Of a stretch of 64,000 bases of DNA, positions 24,421 through 39,934 are shown piece after piece. Position 1 is the stretch's first letter. Every line of letters begins with the position of its first letter. The notes beneath the pieces were generated by a model. It ran no database searches, had not been told where the DNA came from, and was given only the letters and a program-made list of their open reading frames with translations. A program made the translations under genes and the position numbers. The DNA is taken from contig OZ024742.1 of NCBI GenBank assembly GCA_964016885.1, positions 252,774,001 through 252,838,000 of the forward strand, in the 5' to 3' direction. The DNA is from Eledone cirrhosa. Taxonomy: Eukaryota.

Positions 24421-24600
24421 CTAATTGTAATACGTGACGTATTCTATTCTATAGCGATTAGGTCTTCAAAATGTTTATTATAAACATACAGAATATTTTC
24501 GAATATTCTATGTCTATATATATATATATGTTTATCCCAGGTTCAATTAGGGGTAACCACAGTAAGTAAGGTACTCAATACATAGCATAGTATAAATATT

Positions 24601-24683
24601 TAATATAGAAATGGCTTCTACAGGACTAGATGATTTCCTTCGAATGAAACGGTTCTAGTCCTATAGAAGCCATTTCTATATTA
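24601..24683 (+). repeat. About 30-bp near-perfect hairpin enclosing a hammerhead-like remnant
   Basis: TAATATAGAAATGGCTTCTAcAGGACTAGA pairs with TCTAGTCCTaTAGAAGCCATTTCTATATTA; the loop region reads ATGA TTTC CTTC GAAT GAAAC GGTT. Confidence 0.7.
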
Positions 24684-24699
24684 TATATATATTTAAATT

Positions 24700-25030
24700 G
24701 GCACTACTGATGCCACAATAAAATACACTTAGCCCACACTGTAAAGTGATAGTACTGATACCATGGTAAATGGACCCAGGCCACTCTGTAAAATGGTAGT
24801 GCTGGGGTCACAAGAAAGCTCTCAGTTCACCTTGTTATATGCTAATGGCAGTGTTACAATAAAATGCACCTGATACATGCTATGAAGAGGTTGTTGTTAG
24901 GAAGAGCAGCCAGTCAGAAACCTCACTAGAATGGAATGTATGAGTGAGATGTAGTCATCTGACTTGTCTGACATCAGAATGTAACAACCCACCTAACCTT
25001 TGCAAGTATGGAAAATAGAAATAAATTATT
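24700..25030 (+). mobile_element. Old RTE-tailed SINE with internal ~48-bp repeats
   Basis: Repeated ...CACTGTAAAGTG units, then GTTAGGAAGAGCAGCCAG and a CCTTTGCAAGTATGGAAAA tail. Confidence 0.5.
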
Positions 25031-25489
25031 GATATACATACTCATAGAGAGAGAGAGAATGAGGTAGAGAAAAATGTGCTGCTATAGTGTTTAAAATATT
25101 TAAGTGAAACATATTTACTTTACCTCTCTTTGTACATGTGTGTGTGCACAGAGTGAAAGAGAGAGGGAGAGGGAGTGATATATATATATATATATATATA
25201 GACAGAGAGAGAGAGAGAGAGAGATGCTATGGAGGTAGTACATTATACAAAGGGGATTTTGAAGTCATTTATTAGGAAGTAATTGTATTTTTTCTTCTGT
25301 GCTTAAATAAGCACTTTCTCTGTTACTATGACTGTTTTAGCTCTGCAACATCCATTTCCCGCGCTACATAGATATTTAACAAGTAAGGTGTTAAAGAAAA
25401 CAATAGAAAGAATATTGAATATATGAAATGAAGATTAGGTTCACAATATCTTTTGTTGTTGAAAATACTGTGTACCTAAAAATCATTAA

Positions 25490-25728
25490 CCCTTTCATTA
25501 CCATATTTCCAATGAAAGACACTGCCTACGATGTTCAAATCATTTTTTAAATAATCAAGAATTTGGAGTAATTTAGTAATATAACTAACTTTCTCATTAT
25601 TAAGTTTGTATTTGGAACATAACTTAACAAAGGTTCTTATATTAAATTATAAAAGAAGGTTTTTAAATGAATATAAATACTTGAAAATAAATACCAAGGG
25701 CATTTCAGATAGTTTGGTATCAAAGGGG
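25490..25728. mobile_element. piggyBac-type MITE
   Basis: TTAA|CCCTTTCATTACCA...TGGTATCAAAGGGG|TTAA; related body at about 59800-60255. Confidence 0.65.
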
Positions 25729-25769
25729 TTAATACTATGTGTAAGTATTCTTAGTACTAATTCTTACAA

Positions 25770-26190
25770 CTGGTGCCTCTGCTGACAACAAAGTGCTTCT
25801 CTTTCAGACTGTACAATGCCTCTAGGAAAACTGCTAAACATAGCCTTGACTTCAGAAGACCTGAGAAGGTTAGAAATAAATAAAGTGAGTATGCTCTGAA
25901 AGATATGTAACATTAGTATGCATAAACAACGTAGCATAAGCGAATTGACAGAAAAACTTGGCATAAGAAGTGAAAGTAGTGTGCAAGAGAGAAGACTGCA
26001 TTGTATGGACATATGATGCATTTGGAAGTTGACAGCTGTTTAAAGAAGTGCAGGGAATTTCAAGTGGATGGGAGGGACTCATGAAAGAGGTAGACATAGG
26101 ATGAAGTAGTGAAAACTGATCTTAGGAAGCTGAATCTCATAATAGAGTTGACAAAGGACTTGATTAGAAGACTTGCCTAACAGGAATTTG
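25770..26190 (+). mobile_element. Old RTE 3' fragment
   Basis: Decayed match to the LEINKVSML, EKLGIR and VQERRLHCMD segments of the RTE at 7890-8210. Confidence 0.65.
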
Positions 26191-26625
26191 ACCTAACCTG
26201 ACTTGACCCATCCATCTGTTCTCCCCTTTATTCTCACTATCACAGCACACCGCACCTGTTTCATCTCCCCCATCATGCTCCCCTCAAACTACTCTAACTT
26301 TCACACTCTATCAATAACTCTTACCTTCATACCCCCTCACGACCCAGGTGGGTAGACCTCGGCTGTATTTCCTTCCCAATTACAAACTAAGATAGAGGAA
26401 ACCACAAGAATACTTAGGTAGAAATACAATTTTTTCTTTGTTAGTTATACATTCTATTACACTTAGGTGGATCTTTGCATATTTATACTATTATAAACAG
26501 TTCCTAATCTTCCTTGGGTAATATTTCTACTCTAGTTAAAATATACATACAGCCCTATGGAACTGGCCGAACAGATAGCTCTGACACCTTACTAGACTAG
26601 GGTTGATTTTTGGGGTGAATGATTA

Positions 26626-29271
26626 CACCGTGTAACAAAAATTTTTTTTTCTCTGTTCCTGGCTTGTAATCACTTTTTTTGTGTTGCTTAGGTCCCAAAT
26701 AAATAAAAAAGTGCTATTAAACAGTTAAAAGTTTGGGTCTTTAAAAATTCTAAGCTATTCACTAGAAATATATTTTATCTTGGATTTTAGGTTGTATGTA
26801 AGTTTAATTTGCTTATGTTAAATGATTTTTTTTTTATATGTTTCAGGTTAAATTAAATTATAAAATAAAGAGTAATACCTAAAGAAAATTATAAAAGTGC
26901 AATAAAGTATAACATTGTTAAAAAGTGGATTAAAGAGATTTATTGATACTGAATTTTTGCACCCTGAATAAAGGGTAAGTTGTGTTTTAAGCACAAATTT
27001 TCATTAGTATGATTAGTGTTCTTTTATATTATTTAAATATGTATTTCCCTTTCCAATATTTATTTTGTATTGCATATCAAATTTATTTTGTATTTTAGGT
27101 TTCGATCATGACATTAGACTTGTAATTAAAAATTTCTTTCATTGAACTGCACTGCAATTTGGTGCTAAATATTAATTTTTGTTTTCAAAATTTGATGACT
27201 TTAGCCTGAATTACCCTACTTATTTTATACATGTATGTTCACTTAACATGTTTTTATTTATACTTTCAGATCTATAAGATCTATATTTTCTGACTGCATG
27301 TATTTCTATATTTTTAGAATGGCTTCAAAGGCTGCTGGCACCACCCTGACTCTTTCTGTTTTATATGTGGTGAGTATATAAAGAAGAGAGGCAAAAAATT
27401 CTCCTTGGAAACGTTGGTGAAGGTTTGTGAAGCCTACCAGAAGTACTTTGAGATGCCAGTTGGGGACCAGGACAAGCCCTGGGCCCCTCACTACTGTTGT
27501 GAACACTGTAAGAAGACGCTGGAAGGGTAGCTGCGAGGTGAGAAAAGGTCCCTGAAATTTTCCAACCCGCGGGTCTGGTTAGAGCCAACAGACCACGCCA
27601 CAAACTGCTTTTTTTGCATGGTGGATGCAAGCAGCGGAAAGGAAAGAATATTGCTGATGTAGATTATCCAGATCTTCCATCACCAATTGCTCCAATTCCT
27701 CACTGCTCCAAATATCCCGTGCCCGTGCCACCTGCTCCAGATGAAGTCCAAGACAAGTATTCTGATGAAGAGGAGGAGATGGATGCTGAGGACTTGGATT
27801 ACCTGCCTGAGGTACCAGAAAAAGTTCCTCACTTCCCAAACCAAAAAGAAGTCAATGACTTGGTCTGGGATATGGGTCTGACCAAGTCTAATGCAGAGCT
27901 ATTCATCTCCAGGATGAAGCAATGGAACTTGGTCAAGGAGGAAGTGCAGGTGACAAGTCAGAGAAATCGACACAAACCTTTCTCAGGCTTTTACACTCTT
28001 AGGGATGGCCTCTGCTTCTGCCATGACGTGCCTGGACTGTTTGACATTATTGGGGTGCCGTTTGTGCCCAAGGAGTGGCGGCTATTTATAGACAGCTCCA
28101 CCACAAGTTTGAAGGCTGTCCTCCTCCACAATGGAAACAAGTTTCCGACACTGCCCCTAGCTCATTCAGTAGGCCTGAAGGAAGATTACTACAGTGTGAA
28201 AGTCCTCTTGGAAGCTCTGCAATACAACCAGTACAATTGGGAAATCATTGGAGACTTCAAGATGGTGGCTTTCCTGCTTGGACTCCAAGGAGGCTTTATA
28301 AAATTCCAATGCTTCCTCTGCCTTTGGGACAGCAGAGCCACCTCTGACCACTACAAAAGAAAGAACTGGGAGCAGTGAACAGAATTTGTTGTTGGGACGC
28401 GGAACGTCATGTGGGAGCCACTGGTTGATCCCAGGATTGTGCTCATGCCGCCACTGCACATTAAGTTGGGGTTGATGAAGCAGTTTGTGAAGGCTCTCAA
28501 TCAAGAATCAGCCGCTTTTAAGTACATTCTTGAGTTCTTCTCCAAGTTATCTGAGGCCAAAATCAAAGGTGGAATTTTTGTTGGACCTCAGATAAAGAAG
28601 GTGTTTGAGTCTACCGAGTTCTCCAATAAGCTCAATAGGATTGAGAGAACAGCATGGAACTGTTTCAAGGCAGTTGTTAAGGGCTTCCTGGGCAACTACA
28701 GAGCTGAAAACTACTAGCAACTGGTGCAGGATCTGATAAAGGCTTTTGGCGCCATGGGATGTAGGATGTCGCTTAAACTTCATATGCTGGATGCTCACCT
28801 GGAAAAATTCAAGCACAATATGGGCACCTACTCAGAAAAACAAGGCGAACGATTCCACCAAGATGTGAAAGAAATAGAGCGGAGGTACCAGGGCCACTAC
28901 AATGAAAAAATGATGGGGGACTATCTGGGGGCTAGTGCGGGAATGCGACCTGGACTACAACTGCAAATCCAGGAAATCCAGTCATTTCTGACGTGTATAA
29001 GTTGCTTTATAAGTGTTATTTGTTTTTACTTGTTTGCTTTTGATAAGCTTGTGTAATAAAATAAATATATACTCTGTTGATTTAATTATATGAACTGATA
29101 AATTAAAAAAAAATGTGTTTTTTCTTGAAAAATATGAAAATTTCGAAATATCAAACTCCTGACCACAAACCCAAACTTCTAATTAAATAATAGTGATTTT
29201 TATAATAATGGGATATAACAAACCAGGAAATGACAATTAGAACCAGGGAACAAAAATTATGTTACACGTTG
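26626..29271 (+). mobile_element. Complete, decayed Chapaev3-like (CMC superfamily) DNA transposon
   Basis: TTA|CACCGTGTAACA...TGTTACACGTTG|TTA termini with a 3-bp TSD; the transposase pseudogene lies inside. Confidence 0.8.
27319..28990 (+). pseudogene. Chapaev3-like transposase pseudogene
   Basis: Motifs HPDSFCFICG, GDQDKPWAPHYCC, NCFFC, WRLFIDSS, IIGDFKMV, CFLCLWDSR, MPPLHIKLGLMKQFVKAL, MSLKLHMLDAH, QGERFHQD; stops at 28376 and 28715 plus frameshifts. Confidence 0.8.
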
Positions 29272-29679
29272 TTATAGTAAATTAGTGTATTGAGGTGCCC
29301 TTCCTGTGCATTAGAGTAATTGATAACTAAACTTCTTTATCAAGAACTGAATTAGTATTAACATCTAAATGCTTTGGTCTTTAGCTAAGTGTTATTTAAC
29401 TTAAACTCCCTAACTACTTTCTTTGATTCTTACATGCTGAAATTGTATTCTTACCTCTTTGAATTGTAGGCTACCATCTCTTTAAATGAAAGATAGTTGT
29501 ATAGATTTCTCTCTTAACGCCTGACTGGCTTGGCACCCACAAGTCACATTGTCTTCTTGCTCCCTCCCCTTTGTCCTTCAGGAACATTGACCACTCCCCG
29601 TGACAGACAACAAAAACAACAAATTTTTAGGTTTTTTTTGCTTTGATTTCTGCTTTTTTCGTTTTGACTGCATGCCCTT

Positions 29680-29880
29680 ATATGGACTGTACCCCTTGAT
29701 AAGTTCAACTAGATTCCCGCTGTTCTAATACTGGTGGCTTGGTTCGGATCTAGCTGTTGAAACGGCTGGAGCTCAGCCATTGCGGTCCTGACTATTTTCC
29801 TATTACCCACTCTACTACCCTAAGCATTGAGTACTCTGGTGCCTTATGGTCTATCTGGTATTTTACCACACCTTCTTTGT
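29680..29880 (+). mobile_element. Solo Penelope pLTR fragment (family of 17300-17495) with a decayed U3-A8 hammerhead
   Basis: ACCCC TTGATAA GTTC...GAAAC GGCTG GAGCT CAGCC, followed by CCACTCTACTACCCTAAGCATTGAGTACTCTGGTG as at 17425-17460. Confidence 0.7.
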
Positions 29881-29957
29881 TCTTTAGCACCTACTTCAGT
29901 AGTGGAGCACTCTTCGATCCATACCACACTCAAATCCTGACACTACTGCCAAGCTTC

Positions 29958-33906
<3,949 letters not shown>

Positions 33907-34009
33907 AAAGGTAAACAGAAATAACAACACAATTGGTACAGTATATGGAAGGTATATATATAATATATGCAAATATATATATATATATATGAAGCATATA
34001 GACAATATG

Positions 34010-34260
34010 CTCCCACACCCTCCCACTGCAAAGTGGTCGTGTAGGCGCCACGGAAAAAAAGCACCCAGCACTCACTGTAAATGAGTTGGTGTTAGGAAGG
34101 GCATCCAGCTGTAGAAATCAAGCCAAAATCAGTTCCTGTATGAGCTAGGCATGGTCAGCCGACCAGACACTGCCCACAACAGGACAACACGTCTAACCCA
34201 GGCTAGCATTGAAGAACGGACGTAAAACGGACGTAAAACGGTGATGATGATGATATAGAT
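34010..34260 (+). mobile_element. SINE B-related 3' half with an alternative RTE-type tail
   Basis: CCACTGCAAAGTGGTCGTG...GTTAGGAAGGGCATCCAGCTGTAGAAATCAAGCC followed by GTCTAACCCAGGCTAGCATTGAAGAACGGACGTAAAAC(GAT)n. Confidence 0.7.
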
Positions 34261-34802
34261 GATGATGATATATATGATGATATATATATGTATATATTTG
34301 TATATATATATATATATAAATGGAAAAAATTAAATTTCATTTCTCACTCTTAGTACGGCTAATAAATATGGCTAATAAATACGGCTAATAAATATAAGTA
34401 TGTATACGTACATACATATATGTATACAGATGTACACTAGTATGTATATACATACATACATGCACACATACATATATATATGTACGTATGGGTTTACCGA
34501 ACATTTATTATAATGCTCGGTTTGTTTGTAAACAAACAGCCCGAATTAGAGCCATACAGTGTTCGGCAACCATCGTTGCCCTTTTGTTCAACACTGACAA
34601 AGGAACGATGTACTAGTTTCTAGCTTATTAGCTGCCATCAGCACCGTATACCTTCCTGTCAGTCGATTGAACGTTTGAAAGTATATACTTTCCTTATGCA
34701 TATTAACGGCTGAGCAGCCTAATTTGCATATAGAGTGATTTAGTCGGCCGGGTGTACCGAAAAAACGATAAATGGAAAAAATGAATATATATATATATAT
34801 AC

Positions 34803-34874
<72 letters not shown>

Positions 34875-34879
<5 letters not shown>

Positions 34880-35000
34880 AATTGCAAACAGAAATAACAA
34901 AGCAAATGACACAATACAATGAAGAAATATATTAGTTTTATGCTTGATTATAGTAGGAAAAGAGTCTTAATCTTTTGAACGCTAGCCCTTCATCAGAAAA
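34875..35000 (-). mobile_element. Penelope pLTR fragment with a decayed minimal hammerhead (relative of 56025-56155)
   Basis: Minus strand TTTT CTGATGA AGGGCTAGCGTTC AAAAGATTAAGA; downstream sequence aligns with 56060-56150. Another piece lies at 33900-33960. Confidence 0.6.
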
Positions 35001-35019
35001 TAGAATTATATATATATAT

Positions 35020-35290
35020 GTGGTTGGTATTAGGAAGGGCATCCAGCTGTAGAAAACACGCCAGACAGTCCACGCTGTAATGTGGCCGTGTAGGCAACAC
35101 GGTAAAAACCTCCCAGCCCCACACTGTAAATGTGGTTGGTGTTAGGCAGGGCATCCAGCTGTAGAAAACCCGCCAGACAGTCCTATGCGAGCAAGACAAC
35201 CACTCTTGCCTCAAGTGGGAAAACCCCCATCCAAACCCATGCAAGCGTGGAACAGGGACGTTAAACGATGATGATGATGATGATGATGAT
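35020..35290 (+). mobile_element. RTE-tailed SINE family C with an internal duplication
   Basis: TGTGGTTGGT(A/G)TTAGG(A/C)AGGGCATCCAGCTGTAGAAAA occurs twice; (GAT)n tail. Confidence 0.7.
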
Positions 35291-35556
35291 ACATATATAC
35301 ACACAAACACATATACATACATATATATTGTTTGTTGTCATGATTTGGGTGGAGATATGTCTTGTCAATACTGGGAGAGAGAGAGAGAGAGAGAACAGTG
35401 ATAAAAATACTCTACTTGTATGTAGAGAGCTATATGGAAGAGTATATGATGTCAAGCATTAAATGAGATAAGAACCTTATTCTATCTTTTTCTTCGGTTA
35501 TACACACACAAACACACACAGACACACAGACACAGAAACACAAACACACACATATA

Positions 35557-35616
<60 letters not shown>

Positions 35617-36334
35617 CTGCCATATTTGTTATGCATGTTATTTTATACAGAATTTCTGACACTATTGCTTCATTAGCAATAAAGTACGGTATACAGTGAC
35701 AGTCTTTGTAATGTTTCTTTTCCCTCTTCTCTTCCTCCTTCATATATTAACTAGAATGTCTTCCTATTTACCGTTACCGAAATGATGTCATTTGTCATTG
35801 TTTCATTTGTTTGTTGTTTTGTCTAATGGTGGCATGCTTAATGTTTCATTTGATCTGAGTTGTTGTTGATTTTATTGTGGTGGCTATTTCTTTCTTTTCT
35901 TCTATCTATTTACATTCTATGCTATTAGCTTTACCATTCCATCTTCAGAATTTTAACTTTGATCCGAAGATGAAGCAGCAGAGTTTCATTCCTTATTTCT
36001 CTCTCCCCTAATGATGCAAAGTTGAGAAATTTTCTCTGTTGTCATTTTATGCTCTTTCATGTTTCATAAAATTGAATGAAGCATTGGAGATGCTCAGGTG
36101 TACAATAGTATTTTAAAAACTTATTACAGTTTATTATTTTTTTCCTGTGGGAATTGACATACTGTTCATGTTGATTATAGCTGTCTACTTGTTTACTAAT
36201 CTTTACCTTTTATCCTTTTGTAGTTGATAAATAAATTACGAGTTCAGTCCAGGAGCATTGGATTGGTGGAATTGTTCAACTGGCTGCTTTGCAATATTTA
36301 ATCTCATTATGTGAGTTCAAATCTTGCTTCCTTC

Positions 36335-36620
36335 TATCAGAAATTGTGACTGGCATATAGTATCCACAATGGAAATACCAATAGAAACATAGTTTCCTTG
36401 CCCTGATCTGATGATTGACTCCTTTCTTCTGCCAGGAATTGTGATGAAAGATAGTATCAGCAATGGAAAAACCAACAGAAACATTGGTATCCTTGACTTA
36501 ATGTGACAATTGGTTCCTTTCTTCTGCTACCAATTGTGACCAGCAGATAATATCAGTAATGGAAAGACAAATTGAAGTATTCTTTCCTTTGTCCAACCTG
36601 ACAGTTGATTCCTTTTCTTT
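36335..36620. repeat. Diverged tandem repeat, about 95-bp unit x3
   Basis: AATTGTGA at 36342, 36437 and 36532 with shared ATCAGCAATGGAAA and TCCTTTCTTCTGC; related pieces on the opposite strand near 12450-12590 and 39600-39670. Confidence 0.7.
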
Positions 36621-37004
36621 TTAGTTAAATGAAGCAAACTTGAGTAGTCTGCTTCATTGTTCTATGTTCTTTCATGTACCAGAATATTAAATGAAGCATT
36701 GGGGATTTTCAGATGCACATTTATATTTTTTAAATGTTTATAATTTATCATTATGCATCAGATATTTTCAGCAACAAAAAATTATACATTGGAAATTAAA
36801 CTTTGATATTTGTTGAACTAAGATGTCGAGGCATGGTTTCTCTCCTCTCCCCAATACATTTGCCCATATTTGCCTTGTTGGGTGAATGTACCTCATTGTA
36901 AAGATATCTGGTGGATGGGATCCAAATATGCCTGTTACTTTGCTAGGCTATCTTATGGACAGACTACCATCTTGCTGCATTATATAATAATTAGAAAACA
37001 ATTA

Positions 37005-37372
37005 TTTTAATTAAACACACAGTATATTGCCAAATATACTATACATACATTCATGTATACATTGCTATTTCAGAGCACTAATACTAATACCTAACTTTTG
37101 CTGGACCGGCAACCACTCTGTTTAATCAGCTCCTAAATATTACTGGAATTCTATAAGAATCTAGCTTCTATAACTCTCGGCACAAGCAAAGGAGTGAGTG
37201 GTCTTGATAAATGCTAATAAGCGAGAAACAGGATTGTCGATCACTTTTCTTTGCTTTTGCCTAGAATAAGTAAGTGACATAGTCACTACTTTAAAACTCA
37301 TAGCGAATGGTCTCCAAAATGTTTTTAATTAAACATGCAGTATATTGCCAAATATACTATACATACATTCAC
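37005..37372 (+). repeat. Diverged 318-bp member of the hammerhead repeat family (1 unit plus a ~50-bp terminal repeat)
   Basis: TTTTAATTAAACA...CATACATTCA at both 37005 and 37323; shares GCTATTTCAGAGCA, GGACCGGCAACC and CAAAATGTTT with the 310-bp unit. Confidence 0.8.
37175..37265 (+). ncRNA. Type I hammerhead ribozyme with U3-A8 core
   Basis: AGTGGTC TTGATAA AT GCT AATA AGC GA GAAAC A GGAT T GTC GATCACT; distal stem GGCACAAGCAAAG/CTTTGCTTTTGCC. Confidence 0.7.
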
Positions 37373-38109
37373 TTATTTTAGTATTTATTTAATAACTATT
37401 AATATGTTTTCTTTGCCCCCTTTCTTCTCTTAGCACTTCCTTCCATTATTCCCCACCCTTACCTTCCAGTGTCCTTTTTGAGTCTCCCAGTATGCCCAGC
37501 AAATTAGTAGCACTCCCTTGAAAATCACTGTTCTCACCTTTTCAATACTATGTAACCTGAAACCACCCCTAGTTCTATGATACAAAACTATATATTTTGC
37601 AGTGTTTATATTTGTGTAAAAAACCTTCCATCATAATTTTATGTAAGAACCTTTGTTATGTTATGTTCCCAACATCATCATAATAACAAGCAAGTTAGTT
37701 ATATTACTAAATCACTCAAAATTCTTGAGTATTTTCAAAATTATATGAAAATCATAGGTAGGGTATTTCATTAAAAATGTGGTAATAAACGGTTTAAATT
37801 GATTAGCATTTATTAATGCCATTTATTAAACCATATTCTTGTAGTTTCTTTTAGTTTGTTTAATTGTTTGCTGTTTGAGATCCAGGACTGCTCTTTTTTA
37901 TTTGTATTAACTGTTTTAATTTGACCATTACCACAATCAGCACATTATTATCAACATCTTCATAATCATCAACATCTTCATCATCATCATCATCATCATC
38001 ATCATTTTATGCCCATGCTCTCTGCTGGAGTAGTTTGGAGAGGTTGTTATGAGTAGTGAGGCATCTTGTTTATATGTTCCATATTTGCCATGGTGTCTAT
38101 GACATGATG

Positions 38110-38530
38110 CATTTCCTAGCACCAACTACTTTACAGAATGTAATACTTCACAGAATGTACTGGATGCATTTTATTGTTACATTAGCCAACCACTTTACAG
38201 AGTATACTGGGTGCATTTCAACATGGTACCAGCACTACTACTTTACACAGTATACTGGATGCATTTTGTCATGATTCCAGTACTAACACTTTACAGAGTG
38301 GACTTGGTATATTTTATCATGGCACCAACAGCACCACTTTACAGAGTGAGGTGGGTGTATTTTGTCATGGCACCAGCACTACCACTTTACTGGGTGGACT
38401 TGGTATATTTTATCATGGCACCAACACAACCACTTTACAGAGTGAGGTGGGTGTATTTTGTCATGGCACCAGCACTGCCACTTCACAGGGGGTGGACTGG
38501 GTATATTTTATGATGACACCAGCAATTTGT
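38110..38530. repeat. Tandem ~48-bp repeat derived from the SINE internal unit
   Basis: CACTTTAC recurs near 38286, 38334, 38382 and 38430; homologous to the 49-bp unit duplicated in SINE B at 39150-39250. Confidence 0.8.
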
Positions 38531-39030
38531 CACACGCTTGCCCACACTGAAGTGTTGTCTTTACTCAATATTTTCTCCTTTTGATCACCAACCACCAATC
38601 TATCATGGCACCAATGTTCTTTCAACATTTTATAGAAGTGGGTGGAATGTAAAGATATTTTTTTTCATAATCTTTCTTGTCCATGTATGTTTTATCAGTG
38701 TTTCATTGTCAGCTACTTTGATAAATGTCTGTCTTTGTCAGCAACTTTCACACAGTTTTACCATCATGAGTTTCGATGCTACCTACTTAGTTTTAAATCA
38801 AAATTTATCAGTAAAGGCGTTTTCACTAAAATACAATCTTCCGTTTCAATTTTTTTACTGAGTTTTATTTTCTGATGAGAAAATACAATAAATAAAATGT
38901 GGGGTGGCAGTAAAATATGCAGACTCTTAGGTGTCAGTGAATACGTCAATGTTTCTTTCTTATACAATTTCTATCTTGGAAATGGTCTGACATTAACAAA
39001 TATATTTTTTGGAGTAGTAACTCTCAGGCT

Positions 39031-39430
39031 TCATCATTTTCATCATCATCATTTCATTTTACAACCGCTTTTTCCCTGCTTGCAAGGGTGGGACGGGAAC
39101 TGATTCTGGCTTGATTTCTACAGCTGGATGCCCTTCCTAACACCAACCTCATTTACAGTGAGTGCTGGGTGCTTTTTTGCTGTGGCACCTCCACGACCAC
39201 TTTACAGTGTGGGCTGGGTGCTTTTTTGCCATGGCACCTCCACGACCACTTTGCAGTGGAATGATAGGGACCCCAGTCCCTATCATCTCATTTCTACAGC
39301 TGAGTAAACTGGAGCAATGTGAAATAAAGTGTCTTGCTCAAGGAAACAACACATCACCTGGTCTGAGAATTGAACTCACAACCTTTCGATTGCAAGGCCA
39401 ATGCTCTAACCACTATGCCATGTGCCTCCA
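39031..39430 (-). mobile_element. SINE family B with two internal units
   Basis: Same as 2745-3090 plus one extra 49-bp unit. Confidence 0.85.
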
Positions 39431-39934
39431 CTATATCATATATCATATTTCTTTGAGTCTTATGTCATCCCTGTTTCTGAAGCTAAACTACAAAAAGGAA
39501 TAAATGACGTCCTTGTGTATACTATAACCTTAGAGTATAGATATAGTTTGATCAAGATCCAAGATCTGATTTGCTTACCAAAATAGGGTAGAACTCGTCA
39601 AATCAGACCAAGGGAACTCTGTTTCCATTGGTCTTTTCATTGCTGATACTATCTACTGGTTACAACTATTGGAGTACAACCATGTCTATGTAAATAATTT
39701 TGTACATTTGTAGCATATTATCCATCAAAATGTTAATCTTACACACATTTCATGACAGTATTCAGGTTCTCATGACTTTAAAGATGTAAAACTACCTGAT
39801 GTTTAACATTTTGTATAGAAGCACCCAATGAATGCATTTGCAATCTTGTCATTTGGAATGAATATTTTTATGTTTAGTAAAAATTTCTGAAAACATGTAC
39901 ATGTACATGTGTAAAACATCTCATAAGTTTACTT

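Larger units (their letters stand above)
23882..24519 (+). repeat. Tandem 310-bp structured repeat (2 apparently identical units plus a partial) carrying hammerhead ribozymes; retrozyme-like
   Basis: Unit starts at 23882, 24192 and 24502; the two full units appear identical; flanked by (TA)-rich sequence. Confidence 0.9.

Noticed and set aside
23882-24519. CRISPR-like array or simple satellite
   Set aside because: Whole 310-bp units repeat with no unique spacers, there are no cas genes, and the context is eukaryotic; the ribozyme content explains it better.
38110-38530. CRISPR-like repeat-spacer pattern
   Set aside because: The entire 48-bp unit is repeated and matches a SINE module; there are no unique spacers.
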